From: Bythopirellula sp.
Lineage (GTDB): Bacteria; Planctomycetota; Planctomycetia; Pirellulales; Lacipirellulaceae
DNA: 64,000 nt
Direction of reading: 5' to 3'
NCBI GenBank assembly: GCA_965216565.1
Contig: OZ244170.1
Span: 960,001-1,024,000, forward strand
The first letter of the stretch is position 1. The number at the start of each line of letters is the position of its first letter. The translations under genes were made by a program, and so were the position numbers. The notes under the pieces are model-generated. The model had not been told where the DNA came from. It saw nothing but the letters and a program-made list of their open reading frames with translations, and made no database searches. Shown here in pieces: positions 1-9,999 of the stretch.

Positions 1-743
1 GCGGCATTCACATATTGCTGGGCCATTGCCTGCTTGGCTTTTGCTTGGCGAAGTTTTAGATCCGCTTCTTGAAATTTAAGCCCCGTCTCTAGACCTTTCT
101 CGCTCAATTGCTTCTTGCGCTGAAAGTCCAGGTCGGCCTGCCAAACCGCGTCCGTTGCGGCTTGTAGCCCTTCGCGTTCAGCGGCGAGTTTATTCGTTGC
201 CATCTCCACATAGGCTGCGGCAGCCGAAAGTGATTCTATCTGGCCCGCTCGGACAGACGAAATCTCTTCTTCCTTGGCGGCAACCACTCGCGTGTTTGCC
301 GATAGCTGCTCGGTAGTTCGCTCTAACCTCTGCTTAGCTGCATCCAGCTGATCTTGCGTATTGGTAACTTGCTCGCGGAGCCGCGACAGGTATTGGGGAT
401 CTTGGTCGGCGATTCGATAAATCAATTGCCCTTTCGTTACCCGTGCGTTCTCGGCAACTCCTTCGCCAATTTCAGCGATCACTCCTTTGACAGGAGCTTG
501 CACAGCTTGCGGTCGATTGACGGGATCGAAGGCCACTACCGACCCGTCTCCTTTGATGTTCTGCTGCCAGGGTGCAAACACCATCGCAACGAGAGCAATC
601 ACCATGAATAGAACCAGCCACTTCGCAACGCGACGAGCGAGCCGCACGGAGCGCGCCAACCGCAACGCCGGAAATTCGTGCTCGCTATAGGCGACCTCCG
701 CCAAAGCCTCGCTGGCTTGTTGTTGTTCGGCTGCAGTGCTCAT
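1..743 (-). CDS. HlyD-family membrane fusion (secretion adaptor) protein, 3' end outside the window
   Basis: Manual translation from ATG at 743, which overlaps the ABC gene stop as ATGA: MSTAAEQQQ...KWLVLFMVIALVAMVFAPWQQNIKGDGSVVAFDP...VQAPVKGVIAEIGEGVAENARVTKGQLIYRI. This is one TM helix, a lipoyl-like half motif and then a coiled coil. Missing from the ORF track because it is truncated. Confidence 0.85.
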   Translation of the reverse strand, partial: MSTAAEQQQASEALAEVAYSEHEFPALRLARSVRLARRVAKWLVLFMVIALVAMVFAPWQQNIKGDGSVVAFDPVNRPQAVQAPVKGVIAEIGEGVAENARVTKGQLIYRIADQDPQYLSRLREQVTNTQDQLDAAKQRLERTTEQLSANTRVVAAKEEEISSVRAGQIESLSAAAAYVEMATNKLAAEREGLQAATDAVWQADLDFQRKKQLSEKGLETGLKFQEADLKLRQAKAKQAMAQQYVNA

Positions 744-2884
744 GCCACAACTCCTGAATCCGAACTTGGTTTGCTCTTTGCTGAATCGGCCGGCGAATCG
801 ATCAAAATAACCTTGGCGAACTGCTCCGCCACAGCACGTCGATTTGTCGCGACAAGCAGGGTAAATTGCTGTGCTTCATCTTGGAGCATTTCGCACACTC
901 CCTGAAGCTGAACATCTGCCAGAACGTCCAACGCACCATCAATGAGTAACAATCGTGGCCGACCAGCGATTGCCCGCGCCAGCATCAGCAATTGCCGATG
1001 AGTTGCCAGTAGCTTTAAACCAGCGGGCTTCAGTTGAGTATCGAGCCCATCGGGAAGTCGCAACACATCGTCCAACAAGCCGACAGCATACAAAGCACTT
1101 CGCACGTCGGTCATGCTGATGGCCGCACGTCCTAGTTGGATGTTCTCTGCAATAGTGCCTTCAAAAATCTCGATGCCTCGTACCAACGTGACTGCCTTGC
1201 GGAGAACATCGGGGCGTAAGTCGCGCGGATCGGCATTTTCGATGACCACATGTCCCGTATCTGCGGCTCGCAACCCGTAGAGAATATCGAAAAGGTCATT
1301 GGACCCTGCATTTTCCGAACTCAGCAAAGCAACATGATCGCCCGCCTCCATTTCCAGAGATAGCCCTTTCGCTAACCAGGCACCGGCATCATTGTCGCTT
1401 ACATCCGTAATCCTCAAACGCACTCCTTCATCGGTGCGAAAGGCTAGCAAGCCATCTTGGGGCTCAATTCTCAAGTCGAATAGATAGCCAAGTTTGTCGA
1501 CCGATGCGACCACATCGTAGAAGCCCTCGATGTGTTTTCCCATCTTTGTCAAAGAGTTGAGAATCGTTGCAACAATCAGTTCTGCCGCGACTAGCTGCCC
1601 GATAGTTAGTTGTCCTTGAATTACGAGCCAGCCACCAAACCCAAGCAAGATTGTGCCGGCGAACGCTTGCAATCCTAAAAGGAATAGGAGCTGACGAAAT
1701 AGCACCTTGAAATGACTTCGGCGCGTATCGAGGTAGGCGGAGGTGACCAGATTGGCCCGATCCAAGGCAAACTCCGCAGCTCCGGAAGACTTAAAGGTGA
1801 TGGAGCAACGCATCAAGTCTTCCAGCCAACTGGCCAGACGATATTTCTCCTTCGATTCGTCGATCCCCGTGCTAATGGCACCCCGGCCTAGAGCCACCAA
1901 GCCACCTGAAACAATCAGCAAAAGGAGCACATCAAAACCAAGTAACCAAGGATGATAAAATGCCAGCACCGCCATACCAACAATCGTTGCCAAAACAATG
2001 GTTATGCCGTCCAGCAACAACTGAGCGACAACCTTCTGGAGGGTAACAATATCGAAAAAGCGATTCGCCAACTCTGGCCCATACTTCCCATCTAGGGAAG
2101 ATTGGCTGACGCGAGGAAATCGATAGGCCAAGTCTGCCGCAACCCGCGCAAACAGCCTGCGCTGGATGATTTCGACGAGAAATGTTTGCACCGCTTTCAT
2201 CAAGCCGGCGAATGTAAGAAACCCGAATAGCATGAGCGACAAGATCACCAGAGGCTGAATCAGCCGGCCAAAGGTCACCATGTTCACCAGCGATTCCACG
2301 GCAATTGGAGTGGCCAAGCTGAGCACGCTGGCGAAGAAGGCGAAAACGCCGATCACCCACATGTCAGACCATTCTGGCTTGAGGAGAGCGGCGAAACGAG
2401 CGATCGGTCGGTGATGGAACGAGGCAGTTGGCTCGTGGCTTACTTCCAAGTCTTCAACAATCAGCCAGCGAAATGTCGTTTCTGAAGAATCTGCGGAAAC
2501 GAGTGCGGCAAACTCTCCATTTGCTCGCACGACTTTCTTTTCCTTATCTGCGCAAGCAACCCGTACTTTTTTCCCATCGGAATCGAGCACAATGATGGCC
2601 GCTTGTTGGTCGTGCGAGTACCCTACAACCAGGGCCCCGTCTTCCACCAAACTCAATGCGTCCTCAAGAGATAGCTCTGCAAGTTTCGATCTGAGCTCCA
2701 AGCACCGCAGACCTTCCGCTAGCCACTTCGGCCACAGCTTGCTGGGTTCACCGGGCCACGCCTCTTGCGCCTCGGCAATTAGCTGCTCCGCGCGAAGACG
2801 CTCAATACCGATGCCCCGCTCTCTGGTAATCCGAACCAAAGTGGCTGCTAGATTAGAACCGGTTTGGCTAGCATCTGATGACAT
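740..2884 (-). CDS. T1SS-type ABC transporter (N-terminal peptidase-C39-like region, TMD, degenerate NBD)
   Basis: 714 aa with several TM helices typical of ABC exporters. The NBD remnants IFEGTIAENI, LPDGLDT and LARAIAGRPRLLLID are recognisable. Coupled to the HlyD gene. Confidence 0.85.
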   Translation of the reverse strand: MSSDASQTGSNLAATLVRITRERGIGIERLRAEQLIAEAQEAWPGEPSKLWPKWLAEGLRCLELRSKLAELSLEDALSLVEDGALVVGYSHDQQAAIIVLDSDGKKVRVACADKEKKVVRANGEFAALVSADSSETTFRWLIVEDLEVSHEPTASFHHRPIARFAALLKPEWSDMWVIGVFAFFASVLSLATPIAVESLVNMVTFGRLIQPLVILSLMLFGFLTFAGLMKAVQTFLVEIIQRRLFARVAADLAYRFPRVSQSSLDGKYGPELANRFFDIVTLQKVVAQLLLDGITIVLATIVGMAVLAFYHPWLLGFDVLLLLIVSGGLVALGRGAISTGIDESKEKYRLASWLEDLMRCSITFKSSGAAEFALDRANLVTSAYLDTRRSHFKVLFRQLLFLLGLQAFAGTILLGFGGWLVIQGQLTIGQLVAAELIVATILNSLTKMGKHIEGFYDVVASVDKLGYLFDLRIEPQDGLLAFRTDEGVRLRITDVSDNDAGAWLAKGLSLEMEAGDHVALLSSENAGSNDLFDILYGLRAADTGHVVIENADPRDLRPDVLRKAVTLVRGIEIFEGTIAENIQLGRAAISMTDVRSALYAVGLLDDVLRLPDGLDTQLKPAGLKLLATHRQLLMLARAIAGRPRLLLIDGALDVLADVQLQGVCEMLQDEAQQFTLLVATNRRAVAEQFAKVILIDSPADSAKSKPSSDSGVVA

Positions 2885-3268
2885 TCGTGTGAAACTTCTA
2901 CTGATTTGAGCTGTACACTTCGATGATCAAGGTAAGTGCACAGAGTTTGGGGTGGGATCTTGGCGAGGCAAGTTGGTTAGCGATGCGAATTCTCGTCAAT
3001 GATCTAAGTTTAGTCTTTCCAAGGGGTGGCATAAACACTGAATCGACTGGCTAGACACTCAGGTTGACACACCCGAGCGAATCTTGGTCTTCTTTTTGAA
3101 CTTATCTAGCAGGCAAATAGAGGCAGCTTCAATAGATCCTTGGACCTTTCATAAGTGCTGAACGTTTCCTGGACACTACCTGGCACAAGCTTTGTAATCC
3201 TCGTGCGGAATATTGGTTAATCAAAGTCGTCAGCCTGAAATCGTTCACATGTGTGTTCGACTTGCCAG

Positions 3269-4015
3269 TTATTTTCCCTGCCGCAGCCTCTCGGCAAGCG
3301 ATGCGGCAGGACTATCTTTACCTAGCCGTTTTGGCAGGCGGATGCTGGTCGTTTGTAGTTCTCGCTTTTGCCCTTGCGGAATCGTCTGCAGCGACTTGCG
3401 GAGTTCTTCGATCGAAGCGGTCGACTCTTGGAAGTTGGTGAGTTGGACGCCGTCGTCAGAGAGCGTTGTGGGGGCCTTGCTTTCGGCGAGCTGATGCCCG
3501 GGCAGGAGGTGGCTGGTTTGATCGCCGACTATCAGCGGCCCGCCGCGGGGTTCGAATCGTGCGATCAGGCTCACGTTTTTCATGCTGCCCCCTACTTCGT
3601 CCCAGGGCAGCCAGACGCTGTAGGATGGCCCCAGCGAACTTTCGCTTTGATGTTTCACGAATTGAGCGGCCGGAAAGATATACCGTCGGGTCGGTTCAGC
3701 GGTGCTCGGGTTGCCATCCGACTCGTCGTAGGCGTAGACGACCAACTGGCCATCGACGGGCACAGGCTCTTTCCCCTCGCGGGTGAAGAACATGATGCGA
3801 CCACCAAATCCTCTCTTAGATTGCTGGCCCGGGACGTTTAGAATGGTGTCGGTCCAAGTGCTGACCAAGCGTGCCGGAACCTGCGGATCGGCCTTGTCGG
3901 CCTTCCACCACATAACCTTGCTGACGCTCATACTCGGGGCCTTGAGCGAACTACATCCGCTTGTGATAGCAAAGAGCAGCAGCAGGCGGGTCGAAAAACG
4001 GAAATATCGTTTCAT
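3269..4015 (-). CDS. Hypothetical lipoprotein, last gene of the T2SS-like operon
   Basis: Basic N-terminus, hydrophobic stretch and lipobox-like ITSG-C. Starts 8 bp after the secretin stop. Confidence 0.75.
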   Translation of the reverse strand: MKRYFRFSTRLLLLFAITSGCSSLKAPSMSVSKVMWWKADKADPQVPARLVSTWTDTILNVPGQQSKRGFGGRIMFFTREGKEPVPVDGQLVVYAYDESDGNPSTAEPTRRYIFPAAQFVKHQSESSLGPSYSVWLPWDEVGGSMKNVSLIARFEPRGGPLIVGDQTSHLLPGHQLAESKAPTTLSDDGVQLTNFQESTASIEELRKSLQTIPQGQKRELQTTSIRLPKRLGKDSPAASLAERLRQGK

Positions 4016-4023
4016 GATTTACA

Positions 4024-7000
4024 CTACGGGTTGTGTGCCTCGTTTTCGGGGACACTAAATGTAGGCATCATCTCTTCAGTCGGTACTGCATCGGGGTAGA
4101 TCGTTTCCGCCTGGGCGGCACCAGCCCGATCGCTCCGACTCCGCAATCCTGCCGGCCCATGCAGATCGACCACATCGCTAAGGCACCAGCTCATCCGGGC
4201 CGATTCCACCTGATTGAGCATTTCATTCTCGAATCGGCTCCGCACGACATGGGGGGTGAGGACGATCAAGAGCTCCCGACGATCGGTCGATACCGAATCG
4301 AACCGGAAGAGATCGCCCAGCAGGGGAATATCGGCCAAAATCGGCACCCGGCGATGCAGGGCGTTGTCTTCCTTGGTAATCAATCCGCTCAGCACCACGG
4401 TCTGTCCACTCACGGCGCTGACAGTGGTTTCCGCAGCGATACTATCCACGATCGGGGACAAAATCGGATCGCCATTCGGGGCGATTGCCACGGGAACACC
4501 TTGATTCAACGGCAAGAGCCGATCGTTGGTGGCTAACACTCGCATCACCACGAGGTTATCGGGGCTAATGCGGGGCGTGACATTTAGGTTCAAACCCACC
4601 TGTTGCCGATCGATAGTGTTTTGCGGCGTCCCTGCCAGGCTAATTTCGCTGCCTGTGATAAAGGGAACAATCTGTCCGACGAACGCTGATCCGGTTTGAT
4701 TATCCAACGCCATAATTTGCGGGCGGCTCAATACTTCCATCCGCCGCGATTCTTGCAGGGCACGCAGCAACATATTCACGCTATTGCTACTGGCCGAGAG
4801 CACCAAGCCGCCAAACCCGCCTTCGCTGCTCACGCGATTGACGCCGAAACTGGAAAGTCCCTGCGCTCCCACAGATCCAGCAGTGGCCAGCGAGGTATTG
4901 CTTCCTGAGTTCCCCAGAGCTGTGCCGGGATCGCCAAAGTTAAATCCTGGAGTCAATGTAGCCGCTTGAATTATGTCTTGGGTGACGGTATTCAAGTTTC
5001 CGCCATCTTGGATAGAGGTTGTGTTGGTCGTGGTGACCAATTCCCCCAATAAGCTGCGGTCGAATAACACCGAGTCCTGCAAACCAAGTTCGACGCCAAA
5101 TTCGTCGAGATCGCCGAGCGATATCTCAGCGATGAGAACCTGGATCATGACCATCGCATCTTGCTTGTCGATTTCAGCAATCAGCCGGGCGACCTCTTCG
5201 TAGTATCTTGGCGTCGCCGAAACAATCAAGCTATTGCTGGAAGGCTCGGCGACGATCACGACTTCTCGCTCTATTTGCTGGAATGGACTGGCGAGGCCCG
5301 GGGCGGTGCCTTGCACCTGAGATTCGGCACGCAACCAGGCGTTGAGAGCTACCGCCACCTCATCAGCAAACTTGTTCTTCAGTCGATAGACCCGATTCTG
5401 CCGTTGTCGAGTATCTGCCGAATCGAGTGTTCGGAGGATTGCCTCCACCGTGATTAGGTCCTCATTGCTTCCAGCGGCAATGATACTATTGGTACGTTCG
5501 TCGACTTCCACGCGCAGTGCGTTCAGATCTTGCTCGTCGTTATTTCCGCCACCTTCTTCGCCAGAGCCGAAGATCCCCATCAACATTTCCGATAGCGAAA
5601 CCGCGTCGCCATTGACCACCGTGAAGACCCGCAGTTCTATTCCCACCTCTGGAACTTGATCGAGTTGAGTGATCAACGATTCGAGCAAATCCATGGTTTT
5701 GGGGGGTGCCGAGACGATCAAAGCGTTGGCACCACTATTGGCGGTCACCCGAGAACCAGCCAACACGCCAGACTTGAGTTGCTCGCGGCCTGCGGCGTCG
5801 ATGGTAGTAAATTGCAATAGCTGCGAGAGGTTTGCCCCGTCCGTGTCGTCGTCACGTTCAAAGGCGTCTTGCAATACGTCCTCAAGTTCTTCAGCCAGCA
5901 CATTCTTCAATCTGAATACGCGAAGTTCATTGACGGTATCGCTACCTTCGCGATCAAGATCTTTTATTAACGCCCGGATTTCGTGCATGTCGCGAGGACT
6001 CGCACGTACGATCAACGAATTGGTCCGGCTATCGGCAATGACCAACGCCTTGGGCCCTAAGGTTGTGGTGCCTTCGCTGGGCTGGCTGGCGAACAAGTCG
6101 GCCAATACTTCTTGTGCATCGCTGGCCTGGGCGAACTCCAAGCGAAAAAGCTCGTACTGGGTTAGTTCTTTGCCCGGCTTATCGAGTTGTTTCAAGATCT
6201 CTAGCGCCTTATCTACCGTCGTGGGCGAGCCAACCAGCAGCACCGCATTCGGATTCACCAGCGGTACGACGACCAGGTTTCCGTAGCCGTACCGTCTTGT
6301 GAGGGATTCATCGAAGACATTTTGGAGCAGCGCGGCCAGGGCTTGCGATTCGACAAACTGAAGCTCGACAACATCCACTCTCGGCTCGCTTACGGCCGAT
6401 AAGCGTTCGATGTCCCGAATCACATTCATCACGCGCTCGGTGTCAGCCGCATTGCCGCGGATTACGAGAATATCGGTACCATCAACGGTCTCAACTTGTA
6501 CAGGACCGAGGAGACTATCTGTTTGCTGGGTATTGCTACCTTCAGTTTGTGCTTGAACGGTTTGAGCAATCGGCCGTTGTCGGAGGACATCGATCGCTTG
6601 TTTTGTCTTGCCCGCCTTATCTTTGGAGGTGGCAATAAGCTCTGTCTTTGTTCCCGGTTTGCTGGGGGTGTCGAGAACCGTTAGGACTCGCTTCCAAGAG
6701 GCGACACGTTCCGCCGAGCCATGAATCTGTACTTCGCCCGTCTGTTTACTCGCCCATAGATAGACCGACTCTTGCTGTTCCAGTCCGACGTAGAAACCAA
6801 GCCATTGTTTCGTCGGATCGGATTTGACAGAAATCGGCTTACCGGTGACTCTTTCCAACCGACTATGGAGTTCCACGGCACCGAGGGTCTCTAGCTTGAT
6901 AGTCTCAGACACAGTTTGTGGCTTTTCATTAGCCACATCGAATCGGCTGACGATTGTGGCAATCTTTTCATGAATCCGCGCAGGGGCTGCGATGATCAAA

Positions 7001-7308
7001 CGATTCGCAGCTTCGTCGGCGAGTAGCTGTGCTAGGGATGCATCGTCGGCCAGAGCCTCCGTGATATGTTTCTGGGCTTCTACTGGTTTCAAATGGCTGA
7101 GGGCGTAGACGCGTGTTTCCGTCGGAGGAGGTGGCGCAGGCAGTAGGGCTGGCTGTGCGTAGGTCTGCAGCACCATTTGAGCCAGGCCAGCAAATACCAG
7201 CGCAGCTACAAAGATGCGTTTAGAACTAAGTCGGGACGAACAAATTGTGCCTGGTAACGGCAACATACCAAGTTCCTGCGTCTGAGGTACTGCAGAGCCG
7301 TCGCGCAC
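4024..7308 (-). CDS. gspD: Type II secretion secretin with multiple N domains
   Basis: Repeated N-domain motifs (ADSRTNSLIV, VDERTNSII, AEPSSNSLIV). C-terminal secretin motifs VMIQVLIAE, LSRPQIMALDN, VPILADIPLLGDLFR and RRELLIVLTPHVV. Exact start uncertain. Confidence 0.92.
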   Translation of the reverse strand: MRDGSAVPQTQELGMLPLPGTICSSRLSSKRIFVAALVFAGLAQMVLQTYAQPALLPAPPPPTETRVYALSHLKPVEAQKHITEALADDASLAQLLADEAANRLIIAAPARIHEKIATIVSRFDVANEKPQTVSETIKLETLGAVELHSRLERVTGKPISVKSDPTKQWLGFYVGLEQQESVYLWASKQTGEVQIHGSAERVASWKRVLTVLDTPSKPGTKTELIATSKDKAGKTKQAIDVLRQRPIAQTVQAQTEGSNTQQTDSLLGPVQVETVDGTDILVIRGNAADTERVMNVIRDIERLSAVSEPRVDVVELQFVESQALAALLQNVFDESLTRRYGYGNLVVVPLVNPNAVLLVGSPTTVDKALEILKQLDKPGKELTQYELFRLEFAQASDAQEVLADLFASQPSEGTTTLGPKALVIADSRTNSLIVRASPRDMHEIRALIKDLDREGSDTVNELRVFRLKNVLAEELEDVLQDAFERDDDTDGANLSQLLQFTTIDAAGREQLKSGVLAGSRVTANSGANALIVSAPPKTMDLLESLITQLDQVPEVGIELRVFTVVNGDAVSLSEMLMGIFGSGEEGGGNNDEQDLNALRVEVDERTNSIIAAGSNEDLITVEAILRTLDSADTRQRQNRVYRLKNKFADEVAVALNAWLRAESQVQGTAPGLASPFQQIEREVVIVAEPSSNSLIVSATPRYYEEVARLIAEIDKQDAMVMIQVLIAEISLGDLDEFGVELGLQDSVLFDRSLLGELVTTTNTTSIQDGGNLNTVTQDIIQAATLTPGFNFGDPGTALGNSGSNTSLATAGSVGAQGLSSFGVNRVSSEGGFGGLVLSASSNSVNMLLRALQESRRMEVLSRPQIMALDNQTGSAFVGQIVPFITGSEISLAGTPQNTIDRQQVGLNLNVTPRISPDNLVVMRVLATNDRLLPLNQGVPVAIAPNGDPILSPIVDSIAAETTVSAVSGQTVVLSGLITKEDNALHRRVPILADIPLLGDLFRFDSVSTDRRELLIVLTPHVVRSRFENEMLNQVESARMSWCLSDVVDLHGPAGLRSRSDRAGAAQAETIYPDAVPTEEMMPTFSVPENEAHNP

Positions 7309-7476
7309 TGCGCCTACCGGTCGCTACAAACGGTATATTCGTCAAGGTTTACCAACCGACGCCAGCATATTCGCGGGAGGAGGAAGGTTTTAAGCGGAAG
7401 CAAACCTTGCCGAATGCAATGAATGCACCGTAACGACGCTGACGCTCGAGAAAGGAGCTCGAATCGAACGTGGATG

Positions 7477-8421
7477 CTAGCTGTCGTGGTCTGCAGGCAG
7501 TTGTCGGGCCTGGCTGAGATTCTGGCCCAGCACTAGTTCGTGCCGCCCCTGATCGTTTGAGATTATGACTCTTCGACCGTCTAGTTCTGCAATCTCGCCT
7601 GAGAAGCGGCCGATCTCGATGCGATCACCGCGGCGGAAGTAACGCAGTTTGCCCGACTCGCTCAAACGAATCGACATTTGCCACCCACCGGCACCATACG
7701 TCATGCCCGTGATAAAGGCACCCTCAGCCTCAGCATCAGGAGCCTCCTCGTCTGGTTTAGAAGCTTCAGCGAGAACCTCCGGTTGTTCAGGTTCTGGAGG
7801 GCGGTAAGCCACGAAAATGTTGCGGCCCACAAGTTCATCCTTTACTTCTTCCAATGAGTCAGAGATCGTCTCGCTAGAGCCTTCTGCCAGTTGATCGGTG
7901 CGATTCGACTCGGGAAGCGAAATGGCATCCACCGTCAAACTGATATTCAACGACTGGCGATCGGAAGTGGGGACGAGCGTTGCTGCCGATATTCGGTGCA
8001 GGTGATTCGATTGGTAAAACTCATAGAGGAAAGCGGTTAACTGTTCCATGTTTCCTTTAGCGGTGACGATGAATGTCGCCTGACGGTACACACTGCGGGA
8101 AACTCGAGGCGACTGTTCTCGGATGTCTTGCACTTCGAGTTTTGCCTCGGTGAGCTCCTGGCGTAACCAATCTTGATAGAGAGACTTTGCGATATCCAAA
8201 TTCGTAGGCAAAGCCTGACGTTGCCAATTGCGGAGTTTTCGCTGAGCGTTGCGGCCACGCAGTGCCGCAGTTTTCACGCGACTGAGATCTCCTTGAGTGC
8301 TCAGGGCTAGGTTCTCGTTGCGATCACGTGCTTCGCGATAGCGCTTTAGTCCGACAGTACTTCCCCACAGCAGGACTGCCAATGCGACTAAACCAGTGAG
8401 TAATTTCTCGCGCTGACTCAT
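7477..8421 (-). CDS. GspM/PilO-like protein with a C-terminal GspC/PilP-like beta domain
   Basis: MSQREK followed by a TM helix and coiled coil, a PilO-like segment (AKGNMEQLTAFLYEF), a Pro/Glu linker and a beta-rich C-terminus (RRGDRI...IAELDGRRVII). ATGA overlap with the upstream gene. Confidence 0.65.
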   Translation of the reverse strand: MSQREKLLTGLVALAVLLWGSTVGLKRYREARDRNENLALSTQGDLSRVKTAALRGRNAQRKLRNWQRQALPTNLDIAKSLYQDWLRQELTEAKLEVQDIREQSPRVSRSVYRQATFIVTAKGNMEQLTAFLYEFYQSNHLHRISAATLVPTSDRQSLNISLTVDAISLPESNRTDQLAEGSSETISDSLEEVKDELVGRNIFVAYRPPEPEQPEVLAEASKPDEEAPDAEAEGAFITGMTYGAGGWQMSIRLSESGKLRYFRRGDRIEIGRFSGEIAELDGRRVIISNDQGRHELVLGQNLSQARQLPADHDS

Positions 8422-9869
8422 AGCTCACCACCCTCGACTTGGGTGCCGTCGGTTACGTCGACAATTGCAGTGAACTTCACGGGGTAACCGTTTACTTCCT
8501 CGGCACGTGAAGTTTCACCACGTCGCACGCGGTGTTTCCCATCTCGAAGACGGTATTCCACAGGCTGTAGATCGGAAGTGTCCTTAGCATAGGCTTCGAT
8601 TGTGAATTGCCGGTTCCGCATTTCGATCTTGCCCACGACAATGTCGTCTTCTACGTCAAAGGACTCGGAGTCGAGAGGTTCACTGCGGACGTGTTTGGCA
8701 ATCAATCGCATTTCACTGAGCAAATTGACAGAGCTATCAAGCCAGGCACGAATCGAGGCCACTTCGCCCTCGGCTTGGCGCAGCTCGTCAGCCGATTCTT
8801 CGTAGAGATCGATTTCCGCTTGCATCTCTGCCGCGCGTTCTAGTGGCTCCTGCACGTTGCGGTAAGCTTGCCAGCCCACGAGTGCAAACAGTGCTAGGGC
8901 TGCCGCTGCGGCGAGGTAGTATGTCTGCAGACGAGTTGCAGGGGCGGGAGGAGCGTGGGGATTGATCAGATCGACCAACGGCGACTCACCGGCCAGCGCG
9001 GCGGAGGCTAAAGCGAGAATGGGCTCTTCCACTGCCGGGGAAGACGCGGCCTGGACCACCTCAAACGGACTTGCCGGGATTTCGATGTGACTATTCAGCT
9101 GTGCAGACAACTTAGTACCGAGTGCGGTAAGTTGCTGCGAGGCACTACCGATGAGATAAGTTGTCGTGTTATCGATCTTGGGAAACCGCTGGCTCAAGGC
9201 AATCTCGGTTCGCTTGAGCTGAGTGGCTACAGCTGCCGAAAAATCTGGCGAATCGCTAGCGGGAAGTTGCAATTGCCTGAACAGAACTACTTGATTGTCA
9301 ACTTGATACCAAATTGCGGGCTCGTTTCCTAAAGGTCCCACACAAAGTTGGGCGCTCTCCGGTATGGCTTGCCCATCTGCATAAACTGGCCAGCCCAACA
9401 CTGCGGGGATGACATGATCTGCTGAAAGGTCGGCAGCAGAAAGCACTTGCTTGACTTTGGTAAGTTGGCTGGGGGCGAGCGCAATGCTCCAAACTTGGCG
9501 CGGCTCTTCCGACCCGCCTTCGAGAGTTAGAAAGTCGAGGCCGCTTGCGTCTCCAACTCCGTTGGAAGTGTAGTCGGATTGCAGGCGAACAAGTTGTGGC
9601 AACTCTTCGTCAGGGCAGGGGGGCAATTGCAGGTGTTGCCAATCTAAGGAATCTCGACCGACGGCGACGATCACCTTGGCCCGTTGAGGAGAATAACCTG
9701 CCACCGCTGATCCAAGCTGTTGCCCCAATTCGGCAGAAGAGGCAGACGGGTCCAATTGGGTAACCGACTCGACCTCAAGTTTGGAGCTCGAACCGCGCAG
9801 GACAATGGCGCGACAATCAGCAGGTTTCCAGTGGAGGATGATCACTCGGTTCATCGAAGTGGGCGGCAA
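8418..9869 (-). CDS. GspL-like (PilM/PilN-type) inner-membrane platform protein
   Basis: Cytoplasmic N-terminal domain (LQLPPCPDEELPQLVRLQ), then VDLINP, a TM helix, a coiled coil and a PilN-like C-terminus. Lies after gspK. Confidence 0.7.
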   Translation of the reverse strand: MPPTSMNRVIILHWKPADCRAIVLRGSSSKLEVESVTQLDPSASSAELGQQLGSAVAGYSPQRAKVIVAVGRDSLDWQHLQLPPCPDEELPQLVRLQSDYTSNGVGDASGLDFLTLEGGSEEPRQVWSIALAPSQLTKVKQVLSAADLSADHVIPAVLGWPVYADGQAIPESAQLCVGPLGNEPAIWYQVDNQVVLFRQLQLPASDSPDFSAAVATQLKRTEIALSQRFPKIDNTTTYLIGSASQQLTALGTKLSAQLNSHIEIPASPFEVVQAASSPAVEEPILALASAALAGESPLVDLINPHAPPAPATRLQTYYLAAAAALALFALVGWQAYRNVQEPLERAAEMQAEIDLYEESADELRQAEGEVASIRAWLDSSVNLLSEMRLIAKHVRSEPLDSESFDVEDDIVVGKIEMRNRQFTIEAYAKDTSDLQPVEYRLRDGKHRVRRGETSRAEEVNGYPVKFTAIVDVTDGTQVEGGEL

Positions 9870-9999
9870 GTTAATAGTGTCGCGAGTTAGCGGAAGCTTG
9901 GGTCCAGTTAGTCGTCTTGGACGCTTCTATTGTACACACCCTGTACGGGTGAGGGTGGCCTGGAAAATTGGATGGAGTCTACAAGCTCGAAGCGTTTGG

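Noticed and set aside
3180..3196. Sigma54-like TGGCAC-N5-TTGT on the + strand
   Set aside because: The -12 element is TTGT rather than TTGC and it points into a convergent gene end with no + strand gene to drive.
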